NCBI RefSeq assembly: GCF_009914755.1
Contig: NC_060944.1
Direction: 5' to 3' (one strand)
Source: the human T2T-CHM13v2.0 reference genome, Homo sapiens
DNA length: 64,000 nucleotides
Below, piece by piece: positions 52,802 to 64,000 of this stretch. Under the pieces are notes generated by a model that did no database searches, was not told the DNA's origin, and saw only the letters and a list, made by a program, of their open reading frames with translations. The translations under genes were made by a program, and so were the position numbers. Positions within the stretch are counted from its first letter, which is position 1. Every line of letters begins with the position of its first letter.

Positions 52802-55350
52802 GGTGGTAGCTACATGGACTGGCAGTTATGTGGGGTGGTAGTTATGGGGGGGTGGTAGTTATTCAAGGTGGTAATTACACAGAATGGTAGTTACATGGGG
52901 TGGTAGTTACATGGGGTGGTAGTTATTCAAGGTTGTATTTGCAGGGTGATAGTTACATGGATGGTAGTTGTTTGAGGTGTAGTTACATGGGGTAGTAGAT
53001 ATTTGGGGTGGTAGTTACAGAGGTTGGTAAACACACAGGGTGGTAGTTACATGTGGTGGTAGTTACATGGGATAGTAGTTACACAGAGTGATAGTTACAT
53101 GAGGTGTTAGTTATTTGGGGTAGTAGATATGTAGATGGTAGTTACTTGGGGTGGTAGTTATTCAGGGTGGTAGATACATAGGGTGGCAGTTGTGTGAGGT
53201 GGTAGTTTTTTGGAGTGGTAGCTACATGGAGTGGTAGCTACATGAGTTCGTAGTTATTTGGGGTGGTAGTTACACAGGGTAGTAGTCACATGGGGTTGTA
53301 GTTATTTGGGATGGTAGTTGTTACATGGGGTGATAGTTATATGCAGTGGTAGTTATCTGGGGTGGTAGTTACATAAGGTGGTAGTTATGTGGGGTGGTAT
53401 TTACACGGGGCGGTAGTAACATGCGGTGGTAGTTACAAGGGGTGGTAGTGTGAACCCAGAAAATCTGAGACAGGTCTCAGTTAATTTACAAAGTTTATTT
53501 TGCCAAGGCTGAGGATGCGCACCTGTGACACAGCCCCAGGAGGTCCTAATGACATGTGCCTAAAGTGGTCACAGCACAGTTTGGTTTTATACATTCTAGG
53601 GAGACATGAGACATCAGTTAATATATGCAAGATGAACACTGGTTCGGTCTGGAAAGGCGGGACAACTTGGAGGAAAGATGGGAAGACTCAAAGTGAGGAG
53701 TGGGCTCCCAGGTTGTAGGTAGATAAGAGACAAATTGTTGCATTCTTTTGAGTTTCTGATTAGCCTCTTCAAAGGAGGCAATCAGATGAGCATTTATCTC
53801 AGTGAGCAGGGGCGACTTTGGAGAGAATGGGAGGCAGGTTGGCTCTAAGCAGTTCCCAGCTTGACTTTTCCCTTTAGCTTAGCGATTTGAAGGCCCCAAG
53901 ATTGATTTTCCTTTCACAGTAGTTACATGGGGTGGTAATTACAAAGGGTGGTAGTTACATGGGATGGTAATAACTCAGGATGGTAGTTACATGGGGTGGT
54001 AGTTACATGGGGTGGTAGTTACATAGGGTGGTAGTTGTCAGAGTTGTAATTATGTGGATTGGTAGTTATTCAGGGTGATAATTAAAATGGGTGGTAGTTA
54101 TGCAGGATGTTAGTTACACGGCGTGGTGGTTATTGTGGGTATTACTTACACAGGGTGGTAGTTATTCGGGGTGGTAGTTACACTGGGTGGTAGCGATACA
54201 GGGTGGTGGTCATTCAGGGTGGCAATTATTGAAGGTGATAGTTATTCGGGGTGGTAGTGACACAGGGTGGTATTTAGGTGGGTTGGTGGTTATTCTGGGT
54301 GATAGTTATTCAGGGTGGTAGTTACACTGGGCTGTAGTTAAAAGGGTTGGTGATTATTTGAGGTGGTAGTGACACAGGGTGGTAGTTATTCAAAGTGGTA
54401 GTTATTTGGAGTGATAGTGATGCAGGGTGGTAGTTAGGCGGATTGGTGGTTATACAGGGTGGTAGTTATTCAGGGTGGTAGTCACATGGGTGGTGGTTAT
54501 ATGGGTGATACACAGGGTGGTGGATATGCAGGGTGGTAGTCACATGGTGTGGTAGTTATTCAAGGTGGTAGTTATTTGGGGTGGTAGTGATACAGGGTGG
54601 TAGTTAGGCGGGTTGGTAGTTATTCGAAGTGGTGGTTACACAGGGTGGTAGTCACATGAGGTGGTGATTATTGCATGGTACTCACACGCGGTGGTGGATA
54701 TACAGGTGGTAGTCACACGGGGTGGTAGTGACACAGGGTGGTAGTTATTCAAAGGGGTAGTTATTTGGGGTGGTAGTGACACAGGATGGTAGTTAGGCGG
54801 GTTGGTGGTTATACAAAGTGGTAGTTATTCAGGGTGGTAGTCACACAGGGTGGTGGTTATAGGGGTGGTACTCACACGGGGTGGTGCATATACGGGGTGG
54901 CAGTCACACAGGGTGGTAGTTATTCGAGGTGGTAGTTTTTCGGAGTGGTAGTTATTCAGAGGGTGGTAGTTAGGCAGGTTGGTGGCTATTCGGGGTGGTA
55001 GTCAGTTATTGGGGTGGTACTCACACAGGGTGGTGGCTATGCAGGGTGGCAGTCACATGGGGTGGTAGTTATTGGGGTGGTGGCTATGCGGGGTGGCAGT
55101 CACACAGGGTGGTAGTTATTGGGGTGGTGGCTATGCGGGGTGGCAGGCGGGGTGGCAGTCACACAGGGTGGTAGTCAGTTATTGGGGTGGTACTCACACA
55201 GGGTGGTGGCTATGCGGGGTGGCAGTCACACGGGGTGTTAGTTATTGGGATAGTGACTATGTGGGGTGGCAGGCGGGGTGGCAGTCACATGGGGTGGTAG
55301 TTATTGGGGTGGTGGCTATGCGGGGTGGCAGGCCGGTTGGCAGTTGCGTG
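52802..55350 (+). repeat. G-rich 16-bp minisatellite (GGGGTGGTAGTTACAT and variants), roughly 125-130 units in two blocks
   Basis: Period 16 visible directly; blocks 52802-53448 and 53919-55350. Confidence 0.95.
53449..53918 (-). mobile_element. MER4A/MER4A1 ERV1 solo LTR
   Basis: TG...CA termini, aaatctgagacaggtctcagttaattt..aagtttattttgccaagg...ttttcctttcaca; 4-bp TSD GTAG at 53445 and 53919. Confidence 0.92.
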
Positions 55351-55391
55351 GGTGCAGCTCTCCAGTTTTGTGCACTTTGTGTTTGTCATTC

Positions 55392-55768
55392 CCGCTGGTG
55401 CGCTTGTAAATGTTTAATAAGCAGCTGTCTGGGCAAGAAAGCTCTAGTTTGCAGTGTTTGCCCCTTCCGAGGCATGACTCTTCTCACCTGTGGCCACTTC
55501 CAGGCTGCACATGTGACGTCCATGAGCACAGTTAGGGAGGGCCGTGGATCCGCATCACCTTGCGAGCATAAATGCAGTCAAATGTGAATGAGCTGCAAGT
55601 GACAAGTTTGAGTATTTTTTCCCTTCATTTTAATACAATTCATCTAATAGTAAGTTTTTAACGTTTAATTTTTAATGATGTCTGTGTTAACAACTGGCTC
55701 CCAAGACCCCTGAAAATTTAGCACTTAGGTTTCAGGAGCTGGAGCAAGCTGGCTCCAGCATCCACTGG
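55392..55768 (-). mobile_element. MER63B-like hAT-Blackjack element
   Basis: tggtg.gcttgtaaatgtttaa...tgtgttaacaactggctc..ctgaaaattta...gctggctccagcatccactgg. Confidence 0.7.
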
Positions 55769-57389
55769 TGATATCTCAATGCAATTACTTAAGAAACAAA
55801 ATTTTTCCTGCTTAAGAGTTGAAGGAACAAAGGGAAGTACAGAGTGAAGAAATGAGTAGGTGTCTGGCTCTTGTGAGGAAAGGAGAGGAAGAGAGTGCCC
55901 TGAAGAATCTGAGCATTGGAGCGGACACGGGGTTCCAATGCCGGACCCTTTGCTCGTGGTTGAACTTGAACTGTGCCTGCCCGCTGCCGGCTTGAGCTTG
56001 TGGGCCTGCACAGCCAGAGGCGCACACCCCTCAGAGCTGCTTGAGAGACCGGGGGATGTCCCTCCACCCAGTTACCCAGCCCCGAAGGCCCACCATGCTG
56101 AATCAACACTGGTGTCGGGTTTACTAATTATGTATATCAATAAGGACAAGAGTCATTCATCTATAGCAGCAGTGCACTCAGAATTTTTTATACATACACA
56201 ATATCAAGTATTCTGCTTTACTGTGTCAGAAATTTTAACCCAGTATTTTTGAAATCCAAAGAGCATCTTTCAGACAGGCCTTTGAACTGGGAAACAACAT
56301 AAAAATCCTCTGTAAGACACAGGTGCCTAGGTTAGTATCGGAGACATGGCAGAAGAAGATTCCATTCCTCAAGGTGGTGGTTGCTGTCAGGATGTGGCTG
56401 CTGCGGCTGTTGATATTGGCAGAGGCTGTGCTGTGAGGAGCCCATGAGGCCCCTTCGAGGGCTCAATCGATGGGAAAGTACCCCCAGCACGGATGGCCCA
56501 AAAGTGGCAGCACGGAAGCCAAAGTGGTTGGTACCGGAAAGTCGGCCAGGGGGTCTGGCTGGGCTGGGGATTCAAGTTCCTGAGGAAGCCCCCAGGCTCA
56601 CAGGAGCTGATTCTCCATATCATCCCACTGTTCCACCCTCCACTGGGCCTCCTGCCCCACCCGCCGCCTCCCTTGTCTGGCAGATGCGGAGAGCATAATA
56701 CAGGCTCTTTTCCACTGCTCATCTTCCTGAGAGAGAACTTCTTCCCTGCAACATGGCTGTTTAATGACTGTGTCTGCAGGAGAGAAACAGCATCACATCC
56801 GGGTAGGGCTGAACCGCTGGGGAGTCCTGGGCATTTGGCGGAATTCTGCACATCATCCTGTGTGCAGGCAGGGGGTACTGGGGTTTGGAATACAGGGATT
56901 TTCCTGTCCATGATAAAATACCTCTGACTCTACAGGGAGGCAGGCATACTTCACTCAATTAACATACTAAAAAGTATAAGCTCTGGCCAGGAAAATGAAG
57001 CCTCTTTACTCGAAAGTAGCCGTCCTCATAGTCAGCTCCCAAAGGCAGGCGCCGGCTTGCTCTGCAGGCAGCAGATAAGCAGACAGTACATTTGGGTACC
57101 ATCCGAAAGATAATTGGCCATTTGCTTACTGCTCTCAATTTCTATCTCTGGCTCATGGATGCTTTTCTCTCGTTTTTTCTCGGCTGAGAACCCAACAAGG
57201 GCTCCACACTGAGCTCCAGTAGGGCAGGGCGTTGAAGCCATTTCCACCCAACACCAGCCAGCAGGGGGGAGCTGCCCACAGCACTGTAAGGAGGGATGAG
57301 GGGCAGGCCACAGATATGGCCTCAGTCTACTCTCAAACCCCCTCCCAGTGTCCCCTCCACTGGTTGTTGCCACCCTTAGACCCTTGGAG

Positions 57390-57600
57390 GACCACTTGAG
57401 GTCACTGCAAGCATGATGATGGCCCAGACACTTCCAAGACAGGCTGAATCAGAATATCTGAGCAAGTCTGATGCAGAAACCTGCGTTGTAACAAACCCTG
57501 GATAGATTTGAAGTTTGAGGGCCACTGGGCACCCCGCTAGAATGCAAGCTTCCAGTGAGGAGGGACTTTGCTTTGTTCATTGCTATCTCCTCAGCACCTC
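57390..57600 (+). mobile_element. MER5A fragment followed by L2 3' fragment
   Basis: ctgaatcagaatatctg..aagtttgagggccactg; ctagaatgcaagctt..agggactttgctttgttcattgctatctcc. Confidence 0.55.
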
Positions 57601-59419
57601 AGAGATAGCAATTAAACATTTTCAACATTTAAACATTTCTGGAAGGCACCTCTCTGGGGGAGAGTTCCCTAATCTTAGCCATGAAGGAGTTGATCAGGTT
57701 AGAGTTGGCAATGTGACAATCATCCTCCCACTCCCCAGTCCTGCTCAGGGCAGACATCACTAATCCATTACAGCACTCTTAATGCCTACAGCCCAAGCAG
57801 CACCACCCTGCATTCCAGGCTGCCACAGCAAACCCAGCAAAGGCAGTGCCTGAGAGAGCTCATCCTTACCATCTGGGAGTCACTGTGTTCCTGATCCTTC
57901 CCAGTTCGGAGACCCTGTGGACATTGTGATGAGGCTCCAAAACTGGCCCCACCACACGGAGACATCTGCCAGTGGGCGTCTTGCTGCTGCTCTGAGGAGT
58001 GTAGGGCCTGGGCCTTCCCTGTGAGAAGGAGGCGTTCTGGTCATCACAACAGAATGCAGTGAGGGGCAAAGCCTGTGGCCCCAGAGAGCCAGTTGCTTGG
58101 CCTCGGGAGGCCTCCATGTTTCCATGGGTTTACATCATGGAGAATCTCTGGCCACATGTTTAAGGTGAAGGAGCACAAATGATGATTGTGAGCATTTGCT
58201 CAACATGATTTACCACCCTTGGCCTATTTTGTGCCTGCCAGTTGCTGTTCTAGAAGCTGGAGACATAGGATGAACATGGTAGGAAAGCTACAGCCTACGG
58301 AGGAGCAATTTACTCAACAGACTTCTCCCTGAGCCACAGGGACCTCAGCAGCGAGCCCGGCAAGGATGCCATCCATCGGCCTCTGTCAGCCGTGGAACTC
58401 ATGGATTATTTCTATTCTTTTCCTTAGACTTTTAACTGCATTCTGAATAGCAACTCATCTGAGGAGGAGAATATTCTAGACTTTGCTTAAGATCTGATTC
58501 TCCCTTTAACCTGTCCTATGAAAACTGAGCCTGTTATTGGATTCTCCAGACTGTTTTCTTCATGGGAAATGGGGATAAGAATTTCTGCCTGCTGGGGAAC
58601 TGAGCACAATATAACTATGAAAATGCTAAAAATATACCATTCTTCTCAAAGGAGTTGAGATCACCTAAAACAAATGACATAGCCACAGTATAGTCAGTAA
58701 AGCAGAACTAGAGTGTGGAAAATCAGGAACTAGGGAAGAAAGACAGAGACACTAATGGGCTTTAAGAGGTTGAGCAGCAAAACCTAAAAATCCTTGACAT
58801 CAAGTGATGTCCAGTTAATGAAAAGAGGAGATCCTCACAACATATCCAGACACGGAAAGTTCTTTTTCCTTCCACAGGATAGCTTTGGCATAAAGAGGAA
58901 CATATTTCACAGAGTTTATGAAGGACAGTTTGTCTCCAGAAGTTTCTGCATGTGCTCAGCCTTCTGCGGCAGCAAATAGCAGTAGGCATATGTGGAACTC
59001 TCTGCAGAGATCTTCAGAAGACTCAGCCCTCTGCAGTATGAACTGTGAACAATGATGGCGGGAGATTCTCTGTTTGTCAAAACCAACCAAGAGCAGGGAC
59101 TAGTCCCAGCTGAGCTGGCGTGGAGCTTCAGAGAAATGGAGTTTAACTGTGGCCATCAGAGGAATTTCTATTTCAGAATTACTTAGAAGAAGAATTCAAT
59201 CTGGGTCAGAGGGCAGGCTCTGGAAAGGTGGGCTTTCTGAGAGGCAGGAAGGTGGGGAGGGGCAAACACTGTGTTCAGGGACCCCTGAGTACAAGCAGTG
59301 CTTTCTCCCCACCTCCCCTTCCAGGTCTGGGGTTTGGTTTTAGAGCAGGGAGGACCAGGAGTGGGTAGACACCCAACATTCGTATGCACAGCCACGTAAT
59401 GTGGTCATCAGCACTGTCC

Positions 59420-59514
59420 TGCTGAGCTGCCCTGGCCACATGCTGAGCTGCCGCCACTACATGCTGAGCCGCCCCCGCCACATGCTGAGCCGCCCCTGCC
59501 CCCACGTGCTGGGC
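59420..59514. repeat. 21-bp tandem repeat, ~4.5 copies
   Basis: TGCTGAG at 59420, 59441, 59462, 59483 and TGCTGGG at 59507; unit TGCTGAGCCGCCCCCGCCACA. Confidence 0.9.
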
Positions 59515-59714
59515 TTTGGGATGTCCCTACCATGGGCCCATCCCCTCAGTCCGCTCATGTGGGCCACTGTCCAAACCACTGGCCTGGTCTCTTCAGAAGT
59601 GTCCAGGCGGCGAAGGACAGTGAAGGCTGAGAAGGCACACTCCAGAGGAAAAGTGGACAGAGCCACGCGGCAACAAAGGTAACACTCCACGCACGCATGG
59701 GCCCCAGACAGGGC

Positions 59715-60130
59715 AGAAAGACTGATCATTGGCATCTCTGAGAAAACTGACAAAGAATGATTAGATGGTAGTATTAATGCTAAGTTTCCTGAGTTTTGAT
59801 TATTATACTGTGACTATGTGATAGGAAGGGCCCTTGCTCTCAGGCCATATGTTGAAATATTTAGGGATAAAAAATGACATTAGCTATGCACACAGAAAGT
59901 TATACTGGGCTGGAATGTACACGGTTGGTGAGTGGAGCTAAAGGGCATAGATGTAAATTGTCTTAAACTTACCGAAAATTTGCGGATTTAGGACACAGAG
60001 CTCCTACATACCCTTTACCCTCATTCACCAATTGTGTACGTTTTGCCGCACCATTTTCTGTGTGTACATATGTAATATTATTTTACATACGATTCTTATT
60101 TGTCAATTATATCTCAATAAAACTGGAAAA
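59715..60130 (+). mobile_element. Old L1MC/ME 3' fragments
   Basis: ttagatggtagtattaatgctaagtttcctgagttttgattattatactgtg...gaaatatttaggg; ttgtcaattatatctcaataaaactg. Confidence 0.55.
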
Positions 60131-60699
60131 ATTGTTGAGAAGGCAGATGTCATGTGATCTCTTACCCCTCCGCCCCAAAAAGACACAGAGAAACCAATCC
60201 CTCACCCAGGCACAGGGTCCGCTAGGCTCACCAGGTGCTCTGGCAGAGAAGCACTCCCCCAAAGTACAGGCAGGAAGGGCCGAGTCAGGCAGGCCCAATT
60301 CCTTCCCAACACTCCCCAGCCTAATAACTCAGCCTGACTCCCTGGGGAGGAAGGAAGACACCAGCATGTTACTTCCGAGAAGAAAAGTCGTGAGGGAGCG
60401 GGGAGGGCCACGATGATGTCTGCGGCCATCACCAAGGCTCCATTTCTAACAGACAGCTCTGCCTCCACCAGCTGGCACGTCGGGTGGCTCTCTACAGCCT
60501 AGAGCCAAGCTGTCTGAGGTCTCTCCTTATCTGCTTAGGAATGCATGCTTTACAGTGAGATGGCCAAGTGTAATCCTTAGCTTAATCAAGTTCATCCAGT
60601 GCCCCAGGGGATAGGGACAGCCTGGGAGCCATTTAAATCACACAAGCTACTGCCCCTTGGAGAGAGTGGGGGTGGGGGAATGGGTTCTTTCATGTAGGT

Positions 60700-61060
60700 G
60701 ATGGCTTCCCTCTTCATCCATGCTGCTGCAAATAGAAATCATCATGTATATAGGCCACAATTTCCTTATTCACTGTGAAATAAGCCAGACACAGAAAGAC
60801 AAATACCACATTATCTCATTACATGTGGAATCTAAACAGATTGAACTCACAGGATGGAGGAGAATGGCGGTTACCAGGGGCCGGGCTGAGGGAGTGGAGG
60901 TGGAAAGGGGAGCTGTTGGTCAAAAGGTACTAAGTCACAGTTAAGCAGGAGGAATCGGTCTCACTGATCTAGTGCACAGACAGGTAACCTTAGCGAATAA
61001 AAATGTATTATGTATTTTTAAATTGCTAAAAGAGTAGATTTTAAATGTTCTCACCACACA
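60700..61060 (+). mobile_element. L1MA-type 3' end with short inverted 5' segment
   Basis: Minus-sense ttcatccatgctgctgcaaat...ccacaatttccttattcact joined at ~60774 to plus-sense gtgaaataagccagacacagaaagacaaatac...agagtagattttaaatgttctcaccac; followed by (CA)n to ~61105. Confidence 0.75.
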
Positions 61061-61989
61061 TACATGCACACACACATGCACACACACACGCACACACACA
61101 CACACGATACTCAAGTGAGGAGGGGCCTCTGCTAAGGCACCTGCAAACACATGCACACCCCACCACAGCACACCCCCCACAAACTTACACAATTACTATT
61201 TTTCCACTTATTTTTTAAAAAGATTGGAGAGGGCTTATGATCCTGACGTGTGTACATTTTTGTGATTCTGAATGTGATTGTACTGATGAAGCATAAAGCA
61301 CTGTTTACTCTGTAATAATCCACACATGACTTGTCCCTTGGACATGCCAGTGGTATGGGCGAAAAAGGCCCTGAACACCCAGGCCCACCCAGACTTGCCT
61401 CTTGCCGTAAGGGTCATGGCTTATCTTCCCAGGAAGCAATGCCACAGCATCCAAGAGTTTCTTAGCAAACAGCAAACGATGCTGAGTCAGGGAGGTAGGG
61501 GGGATTCCTCCCCTCTGAAATGAATAAAAGACTTACTGCAATTGCTGTGCTTCAAACATCCGGTACCATCTCTGTTTACCAAGGTGTTTAAAGATTGCTC
61601 ATTTTCTCCAAGTTTCTAATAGCATAAATTATCTTACTGCTCTAAATAAAGAGGTTATTATATATTATTTTAGATTTTCAGCAACCACATGCATTTAGCA
61701 GTTAGAGATATTAGTGCTGCCAAGTGACTTTGAAAGATAAATACTGGTGGTTAGAAGAATGCCATGCTTGCGCTTGTTTTATTAAACAGAAATCCAGATC
61801 ACAATGGCTCTATTCCAGTCCTCTACTCCCTGAGTGTCCAATTAACTAGAAGACAGAAAATACACTTTTTCTAATTTAAATAGACTCTGCTCCATATTAA
61901 TTCCAAGGGGTTATACATTGGTCACCTATTTCCAAATCCTCTAATACAAATGGTGGAGCCGTGGTTTCTGCTGGTGCCCTGGTGACTCC

Positions 61990-62330
61990 CCAGGCTCATG
62001 GCTCGAGGCACTGCGCAGGCCCTCTGCAGCCCCTGGAGAATCTGCCTGAGGGCTTTCCCAGCATTGTGGGGTCGGCCTCACAAGCATCCCTTAGCTGATT
62101 ACAAGTGGGAATTGGAGGGTGAACAGCCCCAGTTCCTGGCCCTTGGGCTGGGAGGACCCTGGGGTATTACCTACCCCTCTCCCCGTGGCTGAACCCTAGC
62201 TGCCCACAGCTTTGTCCTGGCTCCTTCCCACTCCCCATACCCCAGCTGGAGCTTCCTGAGATCAGCTCCCAAATGAGCTACCACTCTCCAACCTTGTCAT
62301 CTACTTTTGTGGGAAAGTCACCTGAGTTAC
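61990..62330 (+). mobile_element. LTR16-family ERVL LTR
   Basis: gggaattggagggtgaacagccccagttcctggccctt...gctgcccacag...gcttcctgagatcagctcccaaat. Confidence 0.6.
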
Positions 62331-63003
62331 CCAAAAATTCCCCCTAAAGATCCTCTTCTTCCTGCAGCCAGCAGGCAAGGAGGAGGCTCCCAGTGTGGGG
62401 GAGGGGAGGCGAGGAAGGAGAGAGCACAGGGTTTTGAGCCCTGCAGGTAGAAGCACATCCTTACACTGGAGCACGAAGGAGGAAGCTGCCATATGCAGGG
62501 CTGGGATTCCGGGGTCCCTGGAGCTGCAGAACCGACTCTGCCCTGGGCCGAGAGCTGCTCTCGAGAGTCAGTAGATGACTGACAAGTCTTAGCAGAAGCC
62601 ATGAAAAGCTTCCCTCCTTCCTTTCCTACTTTTCTTTCCAGGCGTTCAGCAAACACCCCCTGGGGAGAGTACTACTGGTGGCCAGGCCCTGTGTAGGACA
62701 AACATTGGTGGACGAGGCAACACCACCCTCCTTGTGGAGGCACCAAGGCCTCTGTCCTGCCCCCTGACTTCCCTGGAGCCCCTCATCACTCCCTGGACAC
62801 AGGCGGCATGGACTGAGGGTGCTCTGCAACAGGGCCCCTGGGTTTGCTGCACCAGCATCCTCAGCAGGTGCCTCTCACCTGCCTCCAGCTCAGATCCCCA
62901 GGATAACACGGTTGGTCCTGAGGAGACTCCCACCAAGAACCTGGGTAGCACCGTCCAGCCAAGATAGAGGAGGGTCCTCAGCCTGAGAGCTGGGAGGAGG
63001 CCT

Positions 63004-63330
63004 TGTCCTTGCTGAGGCTGCCTCAGAAGCTGGCCCTGAGATAAGGATTTGGTTTATCTGGGAGGGGATTCCAGGAAGGACCTGGAAGGGAGTGAGGAAG
63101 GAAGGGAAGTGCCTCAAGGAAGGGACCAAAGTCAAAACCCAGGAGGAGGAAATCAGTAACACCGAGGCCAGTGGGATCACGAGCCTGGGGTCAACTTCGG
63201 GAGACCTGAGGTCTATGCCTCAGGGTCTGTGCCTTGGAGTGTCCTCTCCAGAGAGCCAGGCACCTGGGCTGGATCCAGCAGCTCCAGTAGGTCTGCAGCT
63301 CAGGGCAGCTTCCTGGGGCCTGACTCTCCA
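63004..63330 (-). mobile_element. LTR16-family ERVL LTR
   Basis: tgtcct..cagaagctggccctgagataaggattt..gtttatctgggaggggattccaggaag..gggagtgaggaag. Confidence 0.6.
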
Positions 63331-63666
63331 GCCCTTCAGGAAAGAACTCTGAGAAGGAGCATATGGTAAGAGGCCATGGGCACCTGCCAGACCCACAGTG
63401 CTATGGATGCGGGGACTTGGACAGAGACCTTAGGTCTGGGGTGCGGGTGCATGTGCACTACACTGGCCCTCCCGACCCCAGGAGTGAGGCCAGGAAGTGA
63501 GAGCCTCAGGGCACTGAGGTGTAGTCCCTGCATCCCTCCTCCTGCCTGCAGGGTCAACGCAGGATGAACTGCATGGACCATCATTGCTTTCCACAACAGC
63601 ACAGGGGCCTAGGGATTCACCCATCAGTGGGAAATCAAGCATCAGCCGTGTGCTGGGAAGCCAGGG

Positions 63667-64000
63667 TGCTGTGGTCGCATGTTTGTGTGTCTGTGTCCCT
63701 CCAAATCCAGATGCTGAAACCTAATCACCAAGGTCCTGATGTGAGGAGGTGGGGCCTTTAGCAGGTACTTAGATCATGATGGGGAGCCCTCATGAGTGAT
63801 TGGTGCTCTTATAAAAGAGGACTGAAGGGGTTGTTAGCCCCTTTTGGTGTTTCCACCATGTGAGGACACATGGAAGGCCCTATCTGGGAGGAACAGGCCC
63901 TCACCAGCCCCTGAATCTGCTGGTGCCTTGACCTTGGACTTCCCAGACTCCAAAACTGTGAGCAATATACATTGCTGCTTATAAATCTCCCAGTCTCGGG
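63667..64000 (+). mobile_element. MaLR LTR (MLT1A/MSTD-like), runs off the window end
   Basis: tgctgtggt...gtccctccaaat..atgctgaaacctaa..gaggtggggcctt...ccaccatgtgaggacac...tgctggtgccttgaccttggacttcccag. Confidence 0.85.

Larger units (their letters stand above)
52515..55390 (+). mobile_element. Old L1ME-type 3' end enclosing the minisatellite
   Basis: atattcgtacaa..acacagcaatcaaaagaaacgaac...ccatttgtat...gaatagtggttaccttg left of the array; ttttgtgcacttt right of it. Confidence 0.6.

Noticed and set aside
55072-55587. 171-aa Gly/Trp/Val-rich ORF
   Set aside because: Translation of the minisatellite plus MER63 sequence
57255-60480. CTCF-like motifs (CCAGCAGGGGGGAG near 57258, CCACCAGCTGGCAC near 60465)
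   Set aside because: Each mismatches a core position; expected by chance without ChIP evidence

Overview
Primate (human-like) nuclear DNA, intergenic or deep-intronic, dominated by interspersed repeats. I can support no intact protein-coding gene, RNA gene, CpG island or CRISPR array. The ORF track is mostly chance ORFs plus broken LINE-1, ERV and transposase fragments. Main content: two internally deleted minus-strand L1PB1-type elements with their own TSDs and complementary deletions; an older L1MB hosting one of them; six Alus; many MaLR/ERVL/ERV1 solo LTRs; hAT fossils (MER3, MER5, MER63, and a Charlie-type element with a transposase C-terminus remnant); and a decayed class I ERV gag-pro-pol interrupted by two later LTRs. 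There is also a ~2.1 kb G-rich 16-bp minisatellite that appears to have grown out of an L1ME 3'UTR motif and was later split by a MER4A LTR, plus 58-bp and 21-bp tandem repeats. The most notable non-repeat signals are a possible, heavily decayed P2Y-type GPCR pseudogene fragment (~3.9-4.1 kb, minus strand) and a motif-dense candidate enhancer (~24.3-24.8 kb). I found no evidence of a new biological system. Repeat subfamily names come from my recall of consensus sequences and need RepeatMasker/Dfam confirmation. Boundaries are approximate unless TSDs are given.
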